The position numbers and the translations under genes are program-made. Shown here one piece after another: positions 1 to 7,674 of a stretch of 14,155 nt of DNA (positions are counted from its first letter, which is position 1; each line of letters opens with the position of its first letter). The DNA is from Candidatus Sumerlaeia bacterium. GTDB lineage: Bacteria > Sumerlaeota > Sumerlaeia > SLMS01. The notes below the pieces were generated by a model. It was not told the DNA's origin and did not search any database. It worked only from the letters and a program-made list of their open reading frames with translations. The DNA lies in the NCBI GenBank assembly GCA_038208905.1, contig JBBQYG010000100.1, forward strand, positions 1-14,155, read 5' to 3'.

Positions 1-364
1 CCTGCTCCCTCACCAACATGTCGGGCACGGAAATCACGGGGGGGGGGCTGGGCTGGGGTTTCTCCGCGAAGCGCGCGTCGCGGTCTGACTTGCGAAGGTG
101 CTCGTAGGAGATGTTTCGGGCCATCGTGTGGAGCCATCCCGCCAAGCGGGAATTCGTCCGCAGGTTGCCGAGGGTAGAGAAAGCCCGTATGTACACGTCG
201 TGGGCGATGTCCTCGGCCTTCTCGGGGTCGCGTGTCACTCCGAGGGAGGTGGCGAAGATCATCTGGCGATGGGGCTCGATGAGGCGCCAGAAGGCGGAGG
301 CGTCTCCATCGAGTGCCCGCCGCAGGAGTGCGTCGCGGGTGATATCGTCGAGCGTGGGATTCAT
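1..364 (-). CDS. ECF-subfamily RNA polymerase sigma-70 factor, N-terminal part (region 2 plus linker); 3' end runs off the window
   Basis: Manual translation from ATG at 364-362, with no stop to the edge: MNPTLDDITRDALLRRALDGDASAFWRLIEPHRQMIFATSLGVTRDPEKAEDIAHDVYIRAFSTLGNLRTNSRLAGWLHTMARNISYEHLRKSDRDARFAEKPQPSPPPVISVPDMLVREQ. The motifs GD..AF..L, AEDI..DV.I.A and GWL..MARN...E.LRK match ECF sigma region 2. An SD-like GGTGAGGAA lies 6 nt upstream. Absent from the ORF track, probably because there is no stop codon in the window. Confidence 0.92.
   Translation of the reverse strand, partial: MNPTLDDITRDALLRRALDGDASAFWRLIEPHRQMIFATSLGVTRDPEKAEDIAHDVYIRAFSTLGNLRTNSRLAGWLHTMARNISYEHLRKSDRDARFAEKPQPSPPPVISVPDMLVREQ
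38..47. repeat. G10 homopolymer (C10 on the coding strand, encodes S-PPP) in the sigma2-sigma4 linker
   Basis: Sequence reads aaatcac-gggggggggg-ctg; the sigma frame stays open through it. Confidence 0.9.
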
Positions 365-370
365 GCGTGT

Positions 371-379
371 TTCCTCACC
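371..379 (-). promoter_or_regulatory. Ribosome-binding site of the sigma factor gene
   Basis: GGTGAGGAA on the minus strand, 6 nt before ATG 364. Confidence 0.6.
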
Positions 380-422
380 CTAATTCGGGGGGAGAGCTTG
401 CTCCCTCTCCCTCCTCCGCCTG

Positions 423-470
423 TAAGTGATCGTGCCCGGCGGGCGGTTGGAATGGAAATTCACTTTTTTC
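423..470 (-). promoter_or_regulatory. Candidate ECF-type (autoregulatory) promoter
   Basis: Minus strand reads GAAAAAAGTGAATTTCCATT-CCAACC-gcccgccgggcacg-ATCACTTA: an AT-rich upstream element, an AAC-containing -35 and a CACT(TA) -10 located 17 nt after AAC. Pattern match only. Confidence 0.35.
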
Positions 471-528
471 ATGGAGCCCGCCCCGGGGGTGTGGCACCGA
501 TTCGGGGCCCGCCGAGGATCGGCGATCT

Positions 529-535
529 GAAAGGA
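529..535 (+). promoter_or_regulatory. Ribosome-binding site of the WecA-like gene
   Basis: GAAAGGA 8 nt upstream of GTG 544. Confidence 0.6.
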
Positions 536-543
536 CCGATGGC

Positions 544-1650
544 GTGAACCCTTGGCTCATAGTGGCGGCGCTTGGCTTTCTCCAATGTTTCGCCGTGGCG
601 TGGGTTCTGGTGCCGCTGGTGCGGGATCGCGCAGAGGCCCTTGGCCTGATTGATCGCCCCACGCTGGCGCGCAAGCAGCACGACCGCCCGATCCCGCGCT
701 GTGGCGGGCTGGGAATCTTCCCGGCCTTCTGGGGGATGCTGGCGCTGAACATCGCGCTGGCGACGCTGGTGGTGCCGCGGCTGGGCTTCCTGCCGGAGGG
801 TATCCGCGCGCTGGCGGCGAACGTCGGGACAAAGACGGGCGAGCTGGAGGCGCTCTTTCTCGGCTCCTTCATCATCTTTGCGCTGGGGCTGCTGGACGAC
901 CGCTTCAACCTGCCGCCAGTAGTCCGGCTGGCTGTGCAGGTGATGGCCTGCGTGCCTCTGTTGATGGGCGGCGTGGTGCTGAAGGTGTTCCTCCCCCCGG
1001 TCATTGCGTGGCCATTGACTGTGTTCTGGCTGGTGTTGCTGACGAACAGCTTCAACTTCCTCGATAATATGAACGGCCTGACCAGCGGGGTGTCCGCGAT
1101 TATCTGCGGGGTGATGGCGCTGATCGCGCTGCTGGCCCAGGAGTGGTACATGCTCCTGTGTTTCGCGATGCTGGGGGGCGCGGTGACCGGTTTCTGGAGG
1201 TACAATTTCCCCAAGGCGTCGGTGTTCCTCGGCGACAGCGGAAGCACACATCTGGGTTTCCTGCTGGGTGGGCTGGCGATTCTTTCCACGTACTATCAGG
1301 AAGGCGTGCCGACACGTCTGCCCATCCTGATTCCGCTGGTCGTGATGGGGTTGCCGCTCTTCGATACGATCTCCGTTATGTGGATCCGGTGGAGCTCGGG
1401 AAAGCCGCTGATGGAGGGGGACACCAACCACGTTTCCCACCGGCTTGTGGCGCTGGGGATGAGCCGCACAATGGCGGTCGTATTCCTTTACGGAGTGGCG
1501 TTGGCTACGGGTCTGGCTGCGATCCCCCTCCGCAATCTGGATGTTGCGCACGGAATCGTGCAGGTAGGCGTTATTTTCTTGATCTTCTTCCACCTGCACT
1601 GGCTTGAAAGAGTCAGCTATCGCAAGAGCCGCGTAGCCAACTCCCCGTAA
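544..1650 (+). CDS. MraY/WecA/TagO-family (Glycos_transf_4) undecaprenyl-phosphate alpha-N-acetylhexosamine-1-phosphate transferase
   Basis: 368 aa with about 10-11 hydrophobic segments. Motifs DRP..RKQH..PIPR.GGLGIF, GLLDD, NSFNFLDNMNGL, FLGDSGS, PLFDT and GDTNHVSHRL (HIHH-like) fit the WecA/TagO branch better than MraY. Confidence 0.93.
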   Translation: MNPWLIVAALGFLQCFAVAWVLVPLVRDRAEALGLIDRPTLARKQHDRPIPRCGGLGIFPAFWGMLALNIALATLVVPRLGFLPEGIRALAANVGTKTGELEALFLGSFIIFALGLLDDRFNLPPVVRLAVQVMACVPLLMGGVVLKVFLPPVIAWPLTVFWLVLLTNSFNFLDNMNGLTSGVSAIICGVMALIALLAQEWYMLLCFAMLGGAVTGFWRYNFPKASVFLGDSGSTHLGFLLGGLAILSTYYQEGVPTRLPILIPLVVMGLPLFDTISVMWIRWSSGKPLMEGDTNHVSHRLVALGMSRTMAVVFLYGVALATGLAAIPLRNLDVAHGIVQVGVIFLIFFHLHWLERVSYRKSRVANSP

Positions 1651-1662
1651 GGTGCCCCGTTC

Positions 1663-2976
1663 ATGCTCCCGTTCCTGCACCGCTCCGTCTTCGCCCTGTC
1701 GGCGGCGACTGTTCTCCCCGTGCTTTTCTCAGGATGCTTTACCATCAAGATGCGCGAATTGCGAACGCAGGTGCAGATCCGCGACGCGCGGATCACGCAG
1801 CTCCAGCAAGACCTTGACGCCCACCGCGACCGCGCCGATTCGGCGACGCGGGAGGCCGCCGAACTTGCTCGCCGGGTGGAAGTCAGCGACGGGTCGGTGG
1901 CGCTGCTGCGCAGTGAACTCGGACTCGCCGGAGAAAAGCTTGCCGCCTCACGCGTGGCGCTGAACACGAGCGTCGATTCCTCGAAACGCGACCTTGGCCA
2001 GCGGCTGGCCGATTCGATGCGGCTGGAGCAGGAACTCAAGAACCAGATCGGCACGATGGAGGATAGCAAGTCGCGCCTGGAGGGGAACCTCCTCAAGGCG
2101 GAGGCCGACCGAGACGCGGCGGCCAAGGAACTCGCCGAGTCGAAGGTGTCTCTGGAGGGGCGGCTCCGCCAGATCGAGGAGTTGGAATCGGCCCTCGGGC
2201 AGGAGAAGCAATCCGTAGTTTTGCTGAAGGCTTCGCAGGAATCGGAGCAAGCCAAGTGGCAGAACGACAATACGACAACCTCTAGTCGGCTAAATGCCGA
2301 GCACGAGGCCAAGCTCCGCGAACTGACCACGACCAGCGAGGCGAAGGTCGCCGAGATGGAAGTCGCGACCAAGGACCTGAAGACGCGCATGGAGGAGGAG
2401 ATACGCCGCGCGGAAACCCTGGCGACGGAACTAAGGCAGGCCAAGGATACCGTGACCGCGGCGGACAAGGCCAGAGCCGACGAGGAGGCCGCGCGCACCG
2501 CCGCCGCCGCCGCGCTCCCAGCGCCCATTGATCTCGCCGCGAAGCGCGATCAAGCCGGGGCTCGGCTGAAGACCTTTGTCGATTCGGGGGCCGCGCGCAT
2601 CGAAGTAGGAGAGAAGGGCATCCGCGTGATCCTGTTCTCCGACGAGCTTTTTCAGCCGGCGACGACGCTGCTTTCGGATCAGGGCCTGAGGGCACTTTCT
2701 GCCACGAACGATTTCCTGCAGGAGTCCAAGCCGATCCAGATCACTGTCCAGGGCCACACCGACAACATTCCCGTGCGCAATATGCCCTATCCCGACAACT
2801 GGGAGCTGGCCGGCGCCCGCGCGGCGGAGGTCGTGCGCTGGCTGGCATCCAAGCCCGGTGCGGAGCCCGGCAGGATCGTGGCGCAATCGCACTCCTACCA
2901 CACGCCGCTGGGCGAGAACTCCACCCCCGCGGGCCGCCGCCTGAACCGCCGCGTGGAGGTGGTGGTTGGCTTCTGA
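1663..2976 (+). CDS. Predicted lipoprotein with a long coiled coil and a C-terminal OmpA/MotB-like peptidoglycan-binding domain
   Basis: Signal peptide ending in lipobox LFSG-C (Cys25, codon at 1735). About 250 aa of E/K/R/A/L heptad-like helix, then an AAAAALPAP hinge, then LFQPA..L, ITVQGHTDNIP, NWELAGARA..V and NRRVEV. Confidence 0.88.
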   Translation: MLPFLHRSVFALSAATVLPVLFSGCFTIKMRELRTQVQIRDARITQLQQDLDAHRDRADSATREAAELARRVEVSDGSVALLRSELGLAGEKLAASRVALNTSVDSSKRDLGQRLADSMRLEQELKNQIGTMEDSKSRLEGNLLKAEADRDAAAKELAESKVSLEGRLRQIEELESALGQEKQSVVLLKASQESEQAKWQNDNTTTSSRLNAEHEAKLRELTTTSEAKVAEMEVATKDLKTRMEEEIRRAETLATELRQAKDTVTAADKARADEEAARTAAAAALPAPIDLAAKRDQAGARLKTFVDSGAARIEVGEKGIRVILFSDELFQPATTLLSDQGLRALSATNDFLQESKPIQITVQGHTDNIPVRNMPYPDNWELAGARAAEVVRWLASKPGAEPGRIVAQSHSYHTPLGENSTPAGRRLNRRVEVVVGF

Positions 2977-3056
2977 GGTCGGAAAAGCCTTTCGCACCGG
3001 GGTCGGTTCCGCGACTTTGGGGCGCCGATAGTCCTGAGCGGAGTTTCCTGCGCCCC

Positions 3057-3992
3057 TTGCCCGACAACCCGACACTCCCCCGCATCACCGTGGTGGTGCT
3101 GTCATACAACAGCGCGTCGTTTCTGCAAGGCTGCCTCGACGCGCTGGAGCGGTCGCGGGGCGTGGAGCTTGAAATCACCTGCGTGGACAATGCCTCCGCG
3201 GATAAGAGTCACGAGATCGCGGAGAAGCACCCCGCAAAGCCGGGAGCGATTCACTCGGAGAAGAACCTCGGCTACAGCGGCGGCAACAATCTCGGCTGGC
3301 CGCTTGGCTCTGCGCCCTATGTGGTTTTCATCAATCCCGATTGCCGCGTGATGCCCAATACGCTGGCACGGCTTGTTGCGCCGATGGTGACCGAAGCGGC
3401 AGTGGCGGTGTGCGGCGGGCTGCTGTATTACCCCAACCGGAGCGTGATCCAGCACGCGGGGGGGATCCTGCATCCCAATGCCATGTGCGAGCACTTTGGC
3501 ATGAACGCCCCCGACGCACCGGAGTTCCACGAGAGCAAGGACGTGGACTATGTCACGGGCGCGCTGATTGCGTTTCGCCGCGCCGACCTGGAACGGCTTC
3601 GCGGATTCGACGAGGACTATTGGCCGGCCTACTACGAAGAGACGGACCTCTGCTGGCGGCTGCGGCGCGAGGGGAAGCGAGTGCGCTATGTTGCCGATGC
3701 GGTCGCGTTTCACTGGGAGTCGCCCGGGCTGACGAAGAACTCGGGGCGCTTTGTGAGGACGAGCTATCGCAGCCGCATCCGCTTCGTGATTAAGAATTAC
3801 ACAGTGGGCGAGCTTCTGACATTGTTTCTCCCCTTCGAGGCAAAGTGGCTGGCGGGCCCGTTTGCGCGCGGTTTCCGGCTGGCGACATTCCGTTCATATT
3901 GCTCGGGCGCGGTGTTTGCTGTGCGTTGCCTGCTACGATTCTCACGACGCGGGCCCCAAAAGCCATCGCGCCCCGAAATGGCGCCGAATTGA
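3057..3992 (+). CDS. Glycosyltransferase family 2 (GT-A fold, WbbL/rhamnosyltransferase-like)
   Basis: TTG start. Motifs ITVVVLSYN, VDNASAD, NLGYSGGNNLG, FINPD, DYVTGA and GFDEDY..YYEETDLCWR. Sugar specificity cannot be determined from the sequence. Confidence 0.92.
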   Translation: MPDNPTLPRITVVVLSYNSASFLQGCLDALERSRGVELEITCVDNASADKSHEIAEKHPAKPGAIHSEKNLGYSGGNNLGWPLGSAPYVVFINPDCRVMPNTLARLVAPMVTEAAVAVCGGLLYYPNRSVIQHAGGILHPNAMCEHFGMNAPDAPEFHESKDVDYVTGALIAFRRADLERLRGFDEDYWPAYYEETDLCWRLRREGKRVRYVADAVAFHWESPGLTKNSGRFVRTSYRSRIRFVIKNYTVGELLTLFLPFEAKWLAGPFARGFRLATFRSYCSGAVFAVRCLLRFSRRGPQKPSRPEMAPN

Positions 3993-5764
3993 AGGTTCTG
4001 AAGCCGCTTTATCCCTACATCCGGCGATACAGATGGAGCATTTCCATCGGTATCCTATTCGTGCTCATGGCCAACGCACTGGGGCCGGTGGTGCCCGCGC
4101 TGCTGGGCGACGCGGTCAACGCCGCCGAGAAGCGCCAGCTTTCGTCCGATGAGCTTTGGCTCTACGCGAGCCTGCTGGTCTGCGTGGCGGCCCTGGCCGG
4201 GTGCTTCCGGTTCCTGATGCGCCGCGTGTTGATCGACGTTTCGCGAGATGTGGAGTTCGATGTCCGCAATGACTTCTTCGAAAAGCTCCAGGGGATGGAC
4301 CCCGCGTTCTTTGACGACAACAACACCGGCGACCTGATGAGCCGCGCCACCAACGACATGGATCTGCTGAGGATGCTGATCGGCCCGGCGGTGATGTATT
4401 CCGCCAACACGATCTTCGGCCTGCCGCTGACGATGGTGTGGATGCTGGCGCTGGACTGGAAGCTGACCCTGATGGCGATGGTGCCGCTGCTGGGGCTGCC
4501 GCCGCTGGTAAAGTTCTTTGGAGCGCGGACGCATCTGGCGTCGAAGGCGCAGCAGGATTCCTTCGGCGAAATGACAACGATGGTGCAGGAGAACCTCGCG
4601 GGAATCCGCGTGGTGAAGGCCTATCGCCAGGAGCGGGCGGAGGAGGGGAAATTCCGGGAACGGAACGAGGTATATATTCGCCACTCGCTCGCGCTGGCGC
4701 GGCTTCAGTCAATGTTTTTTCCTTCGATCCGCCTGCTGGTTGGGCTTGGCTATGTTATCCTGCTGCTCGTCGGCGGGCGCCAGGTGATGACGGGCGACTT
4801 GGAGGTGGGCACGCTGCTCTCGTTCCTACTCCTCTTTGGCATGATGGTCTGGCCGCTGATCGCGGCGGGGTGGGTCATCAACCTGATCCAGCGCGGCATG
4901 GCGTCGCTTCAGCGCATCGAGAAGATCCTAGGCAGCGAGTCGATGGTAAAGGAGCCCAGCGGCCCCGCGCGCATCCTTCCCGCGCGCGGCGTGGACATAC
5001 GCGCCATGGGCCTGCAATTCAGCTATCCCGGCACCACGACTCCCCAACTGGCGGACATCAATCTGGACATTCCGGCAGGCAAGACGATCGGCATCGTGGG
5101 CCCCGTGGGTGCGGGAAAGAGCACGCTGGTGCACCTGCTGGGAAGGTTCTACCCGGTGGAACGCGGCATGCTTTACGTGGGCGGAATCGACATCAACGAT
5201 TGGCCAGCGCTGGAGCTGAGGAAACGCATCGCCTTTGTCTTTCAGGAGACGTTCCTCTTTTCCGACTCGATCGGGTGGAACATTCGTTTCGGAACCTCGG
5301 AGAACGCCGCCGACGAGGCCGTTCGCGAGGCCGCGCGCCGCGCACAGGTGCATCCCGACATCGCGGGGTTCCCGAAGGCATACGACACCGTGCTGGGCGA
5401 GCGCGGAGTGAACCTTTCCGGTGGGCAGAAGCAGCGGGTCTCCATCGCGCGCGCACTGCTTCGGGATGCCGAAATCCTGGTGCTGGACGACTCACTCTCC
5501 GCCGTGGACACGCACACGGAAGAGGCCATCCTTCGAGAGTTGAAGGATGCAATGGCGGGGCGGACGACGTTCCTGATCTCTCACCGGATATCCACAGTGG
5601 CGATGGCCGACGAAATCGTCGTTATCGAGGAGGGCCGCATCACCGAACGCGGCACCCACGAGGAACTGATCGCGCAGGGCGGACTCTATGCCACGCTTCA
5701 TCGAAAGCAGCAGACGGAAGCCGCGATCGAGCAAGAGGACTTCGACGGGGAGGCTCGGGCATGA
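3989..5764 (+). CDS. ABC exporter, fused TMD+NBD, MdlA/YheI-like subunit of a heterodimer (591 aa)
   Basis: Start reassigned to TTG 3989 (TTGA overlap with the GT2 stop), giving MKVLKPLYPYIRRYRW. Six-TM domain with TGDLMSRATND, Walker A GPVGAGKS, signature LSGGQ, Walker B ILVLDD, H-loop ISHR. Confidence 0.93.
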   Translation: MKVLKPLYPYIRRYRWSISIGILFVLMANALGPVVPALLGDAVNAAEKRQLSSDELWLYASLLVCVAALAGCFRFLMRRVLIDVSRDVEFDVRNDFFEKLQGMDPAFFDDNNTGDLMSRATNDMDLLRMLIGPAVMYSANTIFGLPLTMVWMLALDWKLTLMAMVPLLGLPPLVKFFGARTHLASKAQQDSFGEMTTMVQENLAGIRVVKAYRQERAEEGKFRERNEVYIRHSLALARLQSMFFPSIRLLVGLGYVILLLVGGRQVMTGDLEVGTLLSFLLLFGMMVWPLIAAGWVINLIQRGMASLQRIEKILGSESMVKEPSGPARILPARGVDIRAMGLQFSYPGTTTPQLADINLDIPAGKTIGIVGPVGAGKSTLVHLLGRFYPVERGMLYVGGIDINDWPALELRKRIAFVFQETFLFSDSIGWNIRFGTSENAADEAVREAARRAQVHPDIAGFPKAYDTVLGERGVNLSGGQKQRVSIARALLRDAEILVLDDSLSAVDTHTEEAILRELKDAMAGRTTFLISHRISTVAMADEIVVIEEGRITERGTHEELIAQGGLYATLHRKQQTEAAIEQEDFDGEARA

Positions 5765-7650
5765 GCACGACCGCGGAGAAGTTCCAGAGGGACCGGCTCG
5801 AGCGCTATCGCGAGGAGGAGCGGGAGTCTCTCCAAAAGCAAGGCGACCTAAAGCAGACAACGCGCCTGGTGAAATACTTGGCGCCCCGCCGCCACTTGGT
5901 AGGGCTCTGTATCGCGATGTCGATCGCGGTGGCGCTGCTGACGCCGCTGCCGATGCTGATCATCATGTACAGCATCGACCACTATATTATGAAGGGCAAC
6001 TATCACGGACTGTTTGCGATGGCGGGATGGCTGCTGCTGGCAGAGATTCTTATCTTTGCGGTGGACAGGACGAACACCGTGGTGATCGCACGCATCGGAC
6101 AGGAGACGATGCGCGACCTGAGGATGGAACTTTTCCGCCACATCCAGCGCCAGTCGCTGCGCTTCTTTGACCGCAACCCGGTGGGCCGACTGATCACGCG
6201 CCTGACCAGCGACGTGAACGCGCTGAACGAACTCTTCTCCCAAGGTGTCGTCGGCATCTTTCAGCAAGTATTCTCCCTGATCGTGATTGCCGGAGTTCTG
6301 ACCTACTACAATGCGTGGCTGGCGCTCTATCTGGTGCCTGTGCTGCCACTGATCGCACTGGCGTCGTGGAACTTCCGGAACAACGTCTTCCATTCCTACC
6401 GCCTCACGAGAGTGCGACTGTCGCGCATGAACACCTTCATGCAGGAGAACATCACGGGAATGCGGACGGTACAGGCAAACGCGAGGGAACGCCCGCAATT
6501 CTCGATCTTTCGCGGCCTGAACGATGCGAACCGCGAGGCACACCTCCAGACAGTCTTCCAATACGCGCTCTTCTTCCCGGTGATCGAAGTGATCTCCGCG
6601 CTCGGCCTCGGGATCATCCTGTGGCGCGGCGGCATGATGTACCTCTCGCCGGAGGCATCCACCACGCTCACTGTGGGGACGCTCGCTCTCTTCGTGCAGG
6701 CGCTGGAGCGGTTCTTCCAGCCGATCAAGGACCTCTCTGAAAAGTACAATGTGGTGCAGTCCGCCATCGCATCGAGCGAGAGACTCTTCGCGCTACTGGA
6801 CACCAAGCCCGCCGTGGAAGATCCCGCCGAGCCCGTGGCGGTCGCGCCGCTGGCCCACTCCATCGAGTTCCGCGACGTGTGGTTCGCCTACAACGACGAG
6901 CAATGGGTCCTGAAGGGTGTCAGCTTTCGCGTCGAGAAGGGTCAGACCGCGGCAATCGTCGGCCCCACGGGGAGTGGAAAGACCACGCTGATGTCGCTCC
7001 TCTGCCGGTTCTATGACATCCAGAAGGGTGCTATCCTGATCGACGGCGTGGATATACGCGAGATGCGTCAGGAGGACCTTCGCAAGAAGATCGCCATCGT
7101 GCTTCAGGACGTGTTTCTCTTCTACGGCACGATCGCCGAGAATGTCAGGCTCGGCGAAACGACGATCAACGATGCGCGCATAGAGGAAGTCTGCCGAGAG
7201 ACTGGCTTCGACCAGTTCGTGCGGCGCTTCCCAAAGGGCTACGCAACCGGTGTCCGCGAACGCGGCGCCACGCTCAGCACGGGCCAGAAGCAGCTCCTCA
7301 GCTTCGCGCGCGCGCTGGCCTTCGATCCCGAAATTCTGGTCCTCGACGAGGCCACCGCCAACATCGACACGGAGTCGGAGGAGCAACTTCGCCGCGCCGT
7401 CGCCAAGCTCTGCGATGGCCGCACCTCCCTCGTCATCGCCCACCGGCTCTCCACCATCCAGCGCGCCCACAAGATCCTCGTCATCCACCACGGTCACTTG
7501 GCCGAGGAAGGCAACCACGAGGAACTTCTCGCGAAGGGTGGGCTGTATAGAAAGCTGTACGACTTGCAGTATAGGGAGCAGGGAATGGGGACCGGGGAAT
7601 TGGGAACGGTGCGGGAGGGCGGAGCAGTTGGCAGGATCGAGGCCCGGTAG
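5761..7650 (+). CDS. ABC exporter, fused TMD+NBD, MdlB/YheH-like subunit of a heterodimer (629 aa)
   Basis: Start ATG 5761 (ATGA overlap with the upstream stop, GGGGAGG upstream). Motifs FFDRNPVGRLITRLTSDV, Walker A GPTGSGKT, signature LSTGQ, Walker B ILVLDE, IAHRLSTI. Confidence 0.93.
   Translation: MSTTAEKFQRDRLERYREEERESLQKQGDLKQTTRLVKYLAPRRHLVGLCIAMSIAVALLTPLPMLIIMYSIDHYIMKGNYHGLFAMAGWLLLAEILIFAVDRTNTVVIARIGQETMRDLRMELFRHIQRQSLRFFDRNPVGRLITRLTSDVNALNELFSQGVVGIFQQVFSLIVIAGVLTYYNAWLALYLVPVLPLIALASWNFRNNVFHSYRLTRVRLSRMNTFMQENITGMRTVQANARERPQFSIFRGLNDANREAHLQTVFQYALFFPVIEVISALGLGIILWRGGMMYLSPEASTTLTVGTLALFVQALERFFQPIKDLSEKYNVVQSAIASSERLFALLDTKPAVEDPAEPVAVAPLAHSIEFRDVWFAYNDEQWVLKGVSFRVEKGQTAAIVGPTGSGKTTLMSLLCRFYDIQKGAILIDGVDIREMRQEDLRKKIAIVLQDVFLFYGTIAENVRLGETTINDARIEEVCRETGFDQFVRRFPKGYATGVRERGATLSTGQKQLLSFARALAFDPEILVLDEATANIDTESEEQLRRAVAKLCDGRTSLVIAHRLSTIQRAHKILVIHHGHLAEEGNHEELLAKGGLYRKLYDLQYREQGMGTGELGTVREGGAVGRIEAR
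7574..7608 (+). repeat. Five tandem GGGA-NNN heptamers (left arm of an imperfect inverted repeat)
   Basis: GGGAGCA GGGAATG GGGACCG GGGAATT GGGAACG, inside the 3' end of the second ABC gene. Confidence 0.85.
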
Positions 7651-7674
7651 CTACTCGACGACGGAATGGCGTGC

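Noticed and set aside
98-547. Plus-strand ORFs 98..547 and 111..383
   Set aside because: They are antisense shadows of the ECF sigma gene and show no recognisable motifs.
375-1680. Long minus-strand ORFs 469..1680 and 375..1289
   Set aside because: They are antisense to the clear WecA-like gene, with the H/Q/R- or S/R/T-rich composition typical of shadow frames in GC-rich DNA.
1663-2976. Flagellar stator motB or T6SS TssL/TagL call
   Set aside because: It has a lipobox rather than an Asp-containing TM helix, and there are no motA, flagellar or T6SS genes in the window.
2977-3018. Intrinsic terminator after the OmpA/MotB-like gene
   Set aside because: Only short imperfect stems are present (e.g. 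GTCG/CGAC followed by TTT), too weak to call.
3845-3988. 48-aa N-terminal extension of the first ABC ORF
   Set aside because: It overlaps the GT2 coding region and does not resemble a transporter N-terminus. TTG 3989 gives a typical start with a 4-nt overlap.
4438-5760. N-terminal 441 aa of the 1070-aa ORF 4438..7650, suggesting a fused or overlapping giant ABC protein
   Set aside because: It is G/R/A/P-rich off-frame read-through of the first ABC gene. The recognisable protein begins at ATG 5761, which has an SD and an ATGA overlap.
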